Assembly: GCA_949358305.1 (NCBI GenBank)
Contig: OX442314.1
Location: 27,342,001 to 27,406,000, forward strand
Direction: 5' to 3'
Length of the DNA: 64,000 nucleotides
From: Strigamia acuminata
Lineage: Eukaryota
Made by a program: the position numbers and the translations under genes. Shown piece by piece: positions 57,412-64,000 of the stretch. The notes beneath the pieces are model-generated. The model saw only the letters and a list, made by a program, of their open reading frames with translations, searched no databases and was not told the DNA's origin. How positions within the stretch are numbered: the first letter of the stretch is position 1; the number at the start of each line of letters is the position of its first letter.

Positions 57412-58083
57412 TGTTACGAATCAACTTAGATGTTTAATTGATTTGATCTGAATTTACGCGCAAGGTGATGTTAGCGCAAATCAGTGGGCAAAGTTCGTAG
57501 ATTTACTCTGTTTGTGCCATCGTCATATGCGGATATCGGACGGTGAATAAACCTAACTCGCTGTAACACACATTATTTATATTCGACGGGCTCAATCTCA
57601 CGTTGTGGGTCTTTACGTTTAAAAAGAATGAGTATGCGCAGTGATATTCGTATGCGGGTGGGCGTAGGATGTCACAGGCATGCGAAGGGATAAAAGGTGG
57701 GCGAAAAGAGGCGCTATTAAGTGTTAAATTAGAAGGTGCGCGTGTTAAAGCGCAAAATAAAGATCGACAAACTCAATTCAATCTAAGAGGTGTTAACTCG
57801 TTGAGAGAAGTATGAGCAGTGTGGATTATGGATAAAAGTAGCGACCAGGTAAACATGAGTCATGTGACCAGGTCGATTGGAGTGGGTGAGGGGGTGGAAG
57901 GTATGAAATAAGGTTAATTGTTGGAAATAATAAGATGCGCGCAATGAAGCTGCGCATATATTTGGAGATGAATCATCGATGTTAGATGAAAAGAAAGATT
58001 GGGAAAAAATAAGAAAACTTAAGATTGGGTCAGTCTAAGTTAGAAATGAATAAAAAAGAAGGGTGGGTAACCTGCCCGTGACA
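57412..58083 (-). repeat. 3' LTR (672 bp) of a second LTR retroelement in opposite orientation
   Basis: On the - strand it reads TGTCACG...CGTAACA and is directly preceded by the polypurine tract AAGGGGGGAGGGA (58096-58084); pol homology stops exactly at 57411. Confidence 0.8.
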
Positions 58084-60795
58084 TCCCTCCCCCCTTAGGC
58101 TTTTATTATTCGAGATTTATCGAAGGGAATAAAAGGATAAGAGACAAGGAAAGTCATACAATAATAATGCGCTATGCGCAAAAACTATACAAATTTTCAA
58201 AAAATAAACAAAAATAAACTAAAATAAAATAAATTAAACAAAAATGATGCGCGTCTGCGCAAAGACTTAACAACTCTGGCATAATAATAAGCAAAAGTTA
58301 AACAATACTAGACTAAATATCAAAAATCAATTAAATTATTAAAAGCAAAGAATTAATAAATCACCATGGCTTTTGCAAATAAATTTAAACTAAGATTTTT
58401 TGTAAAGTCACAATGGTAAATTTTAAATCATTTTACTCGAAATCACAAAACGAAACAGGGACAACACAAGGAGGGCGAACACTAAACCTAAAGGGGCCGA
58501 CGATACCTAGGACGGACGAGAGTCTATACACTTTACCCAAACAAATTATGTAATAAAAACTTTAAACACTTTTACTTTTTACTTTTTGTATAAATAAACA
58601 TTTTTTCTCGTTTCAAAATCAAAACGAATAAAGATCAACAATTTTAAATCAAACGAAAAGAAATAGCCGACACATGAGATTTATCAGGAATCGTGATGGG
58701 ATTTATTAAATCAGATTGGGTATTTATGTTATGGTAGGATGCGCGTAATTGCGCAAAATAAACACAAAATAAAGGTAAAGTACAAAATTATGCAACCTGC
58801 ATAAGGTAAGTATGATTTCAGGTTAATAGGAACTTTTAAAATGGATGCGCGAAACTTTGCGCAAGGATAATTAGGTCATTAATTCTATGAATGGAATGGA
58901 AAACAAAAATATAATATTAGAAACATAACAAATACCCGCGCGCACAACACAACTCGTATTGCCACGGAAATTAAACATGTTGATCTAAAATATCACAGAA
59001 TTAAAGTAATCATGAAAAATTAGTTAAATATCACAATAATCTTGATTAAATATTAAATATTCATAGAAAAAACATTCATTAAATAAATGAAAACATTGAA
59101 TACTAACTTGAATCATTCCAGAATAATTGCGCTAAAAATAACAATGGAAATAAAAATTAAACGAAATTAAATTCCTAAACTTCGGAAGAAATTATCATAA
59201 TTAAATGAAGATAATTCTGGAATGATTATAGCACAAAAAGATATCAAAATAATTAAACTAAAATAGATATTTCAATAATATAACTAAAAAATTATCAACA
59301 TCATAATTGCACTTAAAAACCTTGTGTTGCTGTCACGATGGTTGAGCGATGGCTGATCGTATAGTGGTGAAAAATTACGAGTGGCTTGGGATCCAAAATC
59401 GAGACAACATCCAGCTGGGCCAACAACGCACCGGTGGGAAAGCGAGTTGTTTTACTCCTCGAGCATAATAAAAGCAGCAGCGATATAAAAAAGGTGTTTA
59501 ATCATCCATTTTCTTTGTAACAAGCAGAGAGCACACTCACAACAATCTTGTGTGCTCCTGAACAATCAACTAAATAGAGAAGAATTCAGAAAAGCTCTCA
59601 TGAACTTCCATACATCAGTATTTTTAACCAAACAGATAGACACTATAGGCTACCATATAAGGTGCACAGAAATTCCAAAGAGAATTACACAAGAGAAACT
59701 ACAGATAACTTAAAATGAAGTGATTCATAATGACCACAAAAGGTATTTTAAATTAACAGTTAACTCAACAGATAACAGGAATGTTTTAATCCTTTTAAAA
59801 CATCCTCAAAGCATTTGGAAATGAAGCCAGCCAATAGGAAAGCATCACTCCATTACAACCGGTACTAATTAGACAAATGAATAGTTAAAAACTCAAATCT
59901 AAGTAAAAACTTTTGTAATCAGTTCCAATATTTTCTTATTAATAACAAATTAATTATCCAATACTAAAACCCTTGGTATTTGTCTAATTTCAAATGCAAA
60001 CAATCATCAGGACTGTATCACACCAAAATGGCTTCCTCAATTAATACAAATTAATTGGTTAGTTAATTATAAAATTAACTCATGAGGAAAACCTGAGAGA
60101 CTTAAAGAATCACTGGGATTGCAACTGGACTGTGTCAGATAAGAGCCCTTTTTAGATCTAATTTAAGATTGTAAATTAAAAATCCAATTGTCCGATTCTA
60201 AAGCACTAAAAACGTAAAAATAATTAAACAAAAATATAAATTATCAGTGAGAATTATCACAGTAGAAAAACGTGCGCAAAAAATAATAACACTTATGATG
60301 AAACACTAATAATAATTGTTTGTTCTTCGAATCAACACATCACCGTTGCCCACGTTCCTTCCATTAAGTCCTCCAACTCGAAAGATGTTTTACGGAGCGC
60401 CTCATCAATGGAATCGCATGGCGGAACGGGAAAATGATGAAGATTTAAAGATGATGATGAATGTTGGTTGTGGATACCGTGAAGATATTTAAATGCAGGC
60501 CAGCCCAAACTCAACGCACAAATGCGGAGATGTTTTATTAGGGCATTTACCAGAGATCCACGATCTGGCGGCGCATTTTGGACACAATTAGAGATGAAAA
60601 TATATGATGAAAACACAAAATAATGATGAATAGTAGGTTGATGTGCGCACAAAGTATTCGCAAATCACCAGGATCCTCGTATCAAGTCCTTCAACTCCAC
60701 GCCGAAGCGGAGGAATTTTACGAAGCGCCCATTAATACGATCTCCTGACTTCAATTTGCAAAAAACTTGCGCACACAAAGTCACGTTTAGGATTG

Positions 60796-63558
60796 TTATT
60801 CGAAATCCTTTTCCAAGATTTCGCGATGACGAGGAATTCGAAAATATTTAATCATATTAAGCGCAATTTCTACCACTATGCGCTGCGCATCATGAAAATT
60901 AGTCGCACCTCGTCGGTTAATCTCGTTCCGACAATGGTCGAGAAATAACTCGCCATATCGTCGATACAATAGATTTAATAATGGATTAGCTTCGGCCAAA
61001 GGCATGCGTAGATCACCCACGGCGAGGGAACGGAAAAGTTGTCGTTGCGCTTGTGTTGACATTCCAAATTGAAGGCACTCACCTCGACCGTTAGCGAAGT
61101 TGCAGATAATAGCCGCTGGAGACATCAAGCTAGGCAAAAGTTCTGAGGTAATTGTGGGTGGGGCATCGTCCCAACCCGAGAAACCCGGACCCGGTGGAAT
61201 GGATGGCGCAAATTCGTGATGGTGAGCTGAAGTTTGAAGCATCTCTCGCAATTCGTTTAAACGAGTTTCCTCAGCGCGTCGCTTTTCTTCCGCTTCCTTA
61301 GCTTCCTGGATCGCTTTCTTTTCCTCCTCAACACGATGGATCTCGGCAACGCGTGCTTTTTCCGCCGCATGTTTCTGCTCGTACTCCCGTTGACGTTGCT
61401 CGGTGGTCATTCGCTCGTAGTCACGACGGCGCCGAATGTGATAGATCATGCGCGAGATCTCCTCATGCATGATCCAAATCAACTGCTCCAGAACGCCATC
61501 ATGATCGTAGATATCGCATTCCGACATCCGCCTCAATACTTGAGCAGCCATATCGCGAATGCGAGTCTTCATCTGACCATGAATGTTACGGAAATCCGCA
61601 CGAAGTATCTCAAAATCTTTGTCCATCATATGTTCTAAAAGCGCAATCCACCCTTTACGTTCCATATGAAATCGGGTCTTAGATACTTCTGGCCCCTTCA
61701 CGCAAATTTCGACTTCGAATTCATCTAATAAATCGGGAATTAGTTCCAGAGAATTTACCGGTTTCGTTGTTACGCCGTATCGGTCAACTGCCAGATCGCA
61801 ATGAGAGGCAATATCTCCAAGAGCCTGTGCCCCATCAGAGGCGACAGTCGCGCTGGCTTCGGTAGGAGCCACTCGAGGGGGCGGCGTCGAAGTCTGACTA
61901 GAGGAGACCGAAATCGTACTTGGTGTGGAAGCGGCCTTTGTAGTTGTGGAAACATTGCGCGATGGTAACTGCGCATAGGTGATGGGTCCAGGCGTCGACA
62001 CTGGAATGTTCGAGATTTTTGACGCTGAGCACGATGGTGTTTCTGTTGCTTTGGCCGCCGTTGTTGTAGTAGAAGTTACACTTGAGGTTGTCACGAAAAT
62101 ATTTTTCTTTGCCAAAAGCTTCGGTCGGGCACCTGTATTGGAATTAAGATTGTTATTAGCAATTGGTTTCAAAGAAGATGCAGATAAATTCGCATTCTGT
62201 GGCGATTGTGCAAATCGTTCCCGCATCGCTGGAGGAAGTCGTGCACTGAGTGGTGGTCCGCGGGGTTGCTGCATGGTCGGAACATTGGACAATCGTGGAT
62301 CGGCCATTTTCCGCTCCAACTTTCGAACGTCCTGGACCTGTGCAGCCGGTGCTTCCGCAAAAATCTCATGAGCCACTCCACAGATGGACGGGGTTACACT
62401 GAAACTTGATTCGTTGTCCCGAACTGGTGGAGTGCTGGAACGACGCTGGGCGATTTCTTCGTTATGCATACGAGTTAATTCCGCCATTTCTTGTTCAGTC
62501 ACATTTCCCAACGTAGAACGGCCAGAATAATAGCGCAAATCACAGGGCGGATCTGAGTTCTCGTTTTTTGTAACTGGAATTGAATCAATATGGGTAGACA
62601 CACTTGTGAACATGGAATCGTCGTCGTCCTCATCATCCCCGTTATCGTCAATGGATAAACCGGCCAGTTGCGCTGTTGCTTGCGCAAGGGTTTCCTCGGA
62701 TGGCTGTGGACGGTATCTAGTCGTATTGGTGTCCCGAGTTTCGTCACGGCGCAAAGGCATTTTCGTGTCCTCGATCTTACCCAGCACTTTCTGCGTAAGT
62801 TTCTCCGTACGATCCTCTCGTCTGTTGATTGAACATGGAGGACGATTTCCTGTAAAATAGGGTAATACTGACTGGTCATTAGTGTCTATGGTATCCATTG
62901 CGCCCTGAGTCTCTGCAACCAGTTCCACTTGCTCACTCATCATCGAGGCATCCCCTGGAAATGGGTGAAAATAGCGAATTGTTGCGGATTGCATCTGATC
63001 AACAAGATGTTGTTCTTTCAACATGGGAGCCAGTCCTTCCACTTCGTCTTGGAGTAAGTTTGGCACTTGGATATATAGAAGTTGAACTACCTCAGCCATC
63101 GGATAGATCCATTGTCGCGGTGTAATGCGATTTGTGTGCGCAACCCGTTGCGCCCGGTGCCAATACCAGAAATGAATTGTCCGAAACCTCTGTATCGACA
63201 CCGGACTCCCGTTCAGTGGTCGAAAAGGCGGGTATGTCACGCTTACGATAATCACATGGTCTTGTTCATATCTTCGCAACACCCAACCGTAGATTTGGCG
63301 CATCCAAACAATGTGTAGATTGCGCCGTAAGTCCCCCCGACCGTCACACGCCCGGCACTTGCACTCCGGTCTCGGCGGGTCGATCTCTTTACCATAGCCG
63401 GAACATACCGGACATATCTCGAAATTGGGGAATCCAGCATCGAGTGGATCATCGGGATGGTTGTGCGGAAACTTTGGTGGACCCGCCGCATGTAAAGGCG
63501 GCGTTCGATAGTTTTTCGGATATTTCCTTCCCGGGAAGTCCTCATTACAACACGCCAT
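60796..63558 (-). CDS. Orphan intronless ~920-aa protein: two CxxCxGxG motifs, acidic and Ser/Thr/Pro-rich linker, coiled coil
   Basis: Open frame 63825-60796; first ATG at 63558 (context AACATGG). Contains CPVCSGYG...CRACDGRG, DDNGDDEDDDD and an E/K/R-rich helix (EQRQREYEQKHAAEKARVAEIHRVEEEKKAIQEAKEAEEKRRAEE). GC content is visibly higher than in the flanks. Confidence 0.8.
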   Translation of the reverse strand: MACCNEDFPGRKYPKNYRTPPLHAAGPPKFPHNHPDDPLDAGFPNFEICPVCSGYGKEIDPPRPECKCRACDGRGDLRRNLHIVWMRQIYGWVLRRYEQDHVIIVSVTYPPFRPLNGSPVSIQRFRTIHFWYWHRAQRVAHTNRITPRQWIYPMAEVVQLLYIQVPNLLQDEVEGLAPMLKEQHLVDQMQSATIRYFHPFPGDASMMSEQVELVAETQGAMDTIDTNDQSVLPYFTGNRPPCSINRREDRTEKLTQKVLGKIEDTKMPLRRDETRDTNTTRYRPQPSEETLAQATAQLAGLSIDDNGDDEDDDDSMFTSVSTHIDSIPVTKNENSDPPCDLRYYSGRSTLGNVTEQEMAELTRMHNEEIAQRRSSTPPVRDNESSFSVTPSICGVAHEIFAEAPAAQVQDVRKLERKMADPRLSNVPTMQQPRGPPLSARLPPAMRERFAQSPQNANLSASSLKPIANNNLNSNTGARPKLLAKKNIFVTTSSVTSTTTTAAKATETPSCSASKISNIPVSTPGPITYAQLPSRNVSTTTKAASTPSTISVSSSQTSTPPPRVAPTEASATVASDGAQALGDIASHCDLAVDRYGVTTKPVNSLELIPDLLDEFEVEICVKGPEVSKTRFHMERKGWIALLEHMMDKDFEILRADFRNIHGQMKTRIRDMAAQVLRRMSECDIYDHDGVLEQLIWIMHEEISRMIYHIRRRRDYERMTTEQRQREYEQKHAAEKARVAEIHRVEEEKKAIQEAKEAEEKRRAEETRLNELREMLQTSAHHHEFAPSIPPGPGFSGWDDAPPTITSELLPSLMSPAAIICNFANGRGECLQFGMSTQAQRQLFRSLAVGDLRMPLAEANPLLNLLYRRYGELFLDHCRNEINRRGATNFHDAQRIVVEIALNMIKYFRIPRHREILEKDFE

Positions 63559-64000
63559 GTTGGTTTCAATATGTTGATAAAAATATAATGCGCCTAAGTT
63601 GGTGGAGGCAATATTTATATAAATACACAAAACAAATAAGACGTTTGACAAACGATACTCACAATTATCAAGCGCAACAACACGAACGCGCACAGAACGA
63701 AACAAACAACGAGGAGTAAAGAATATTCCCAGGAATGTAACGAGTCGTAAAACTTTGCTTCGAGAAGCTTCGATGAACGATTGAAAACTCGCACATGTAA
63801 TAAAGTCGGGTTCGAGGTTAGACACTAACTAATTGCAATAGAAAGGCGACATCCAGTGTTGGAATTCAGAAGTTAACGAAAGTTGTCTTCGCTCAAAACT
63901 CTTGTTTCAAAGTGATTAAATAAGGATGGTGAGATAAACAAGTAACAATTCAGAACACAGAATATTAATTTAAATAAAGTGCGCATAAATTATATTAATT

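Larger units (their letters stand above)
57412..64000 (-). mobile_element. Nested LTR retroelement, 3' part only (extends beyond the window)
   Basis: 3' LTR and PPT, ~2.7 kb of mostly non-coding strand-biased sequence, and an intronless long ORF on the same strand. The host pol does not resume within the window. Confidence 0.65.

Noticed and set aside
60332..60652. Second small ORF (106 aa) in the nested element
   Set aside because: Non-ATG start and no recognisable motif; not supportable without comparing other copies.
63559..63825. Hydrophobic 89-aa N-terminal extension making the orphan ORF env-like
   Set aside because: It depends on a GTG start; the first ATG is at 63558, and no C-terminal TM anchor or fusion-protein pattern is visible.

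Overview
AT-rich, intron-containing animal genomic DNA, probably arthropod (short GT-AG introns, many MITEs, a (TTAGG)n-type tract). From left to right: (1) a + strand tandem array of four single-PLAT/LH2-domain genes and a six-PLAT LOXHD1-like gene; the four genes whose 5' ends are visible share a homologous leader exon preceded by an RFX X-box; (2) KIF17/OSM-3 kinesin-2 on the - strand, with one intron holding a nested ~1 kb near-perfect palindrome that carries two convergent tRNA-like Pol III cassettes; (3) AMPK alpha, CCDC130/YJU2B and METTL4 on the + strand; (4) a 12-exon - strand gene whose spliced 824-aa reading frame encodes two complete DEG/ENaC subunits fused head-to-tail; (5) a decayed Ty3/gypsy (Mag-like) LTR retrotransposon interrupted by a second, oppositely oriented LTR element that carries an intact ~920-aa orphan ORF upstream of its 3' LTR. 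All gene models were spliced and translated by hand; no database searches were run.
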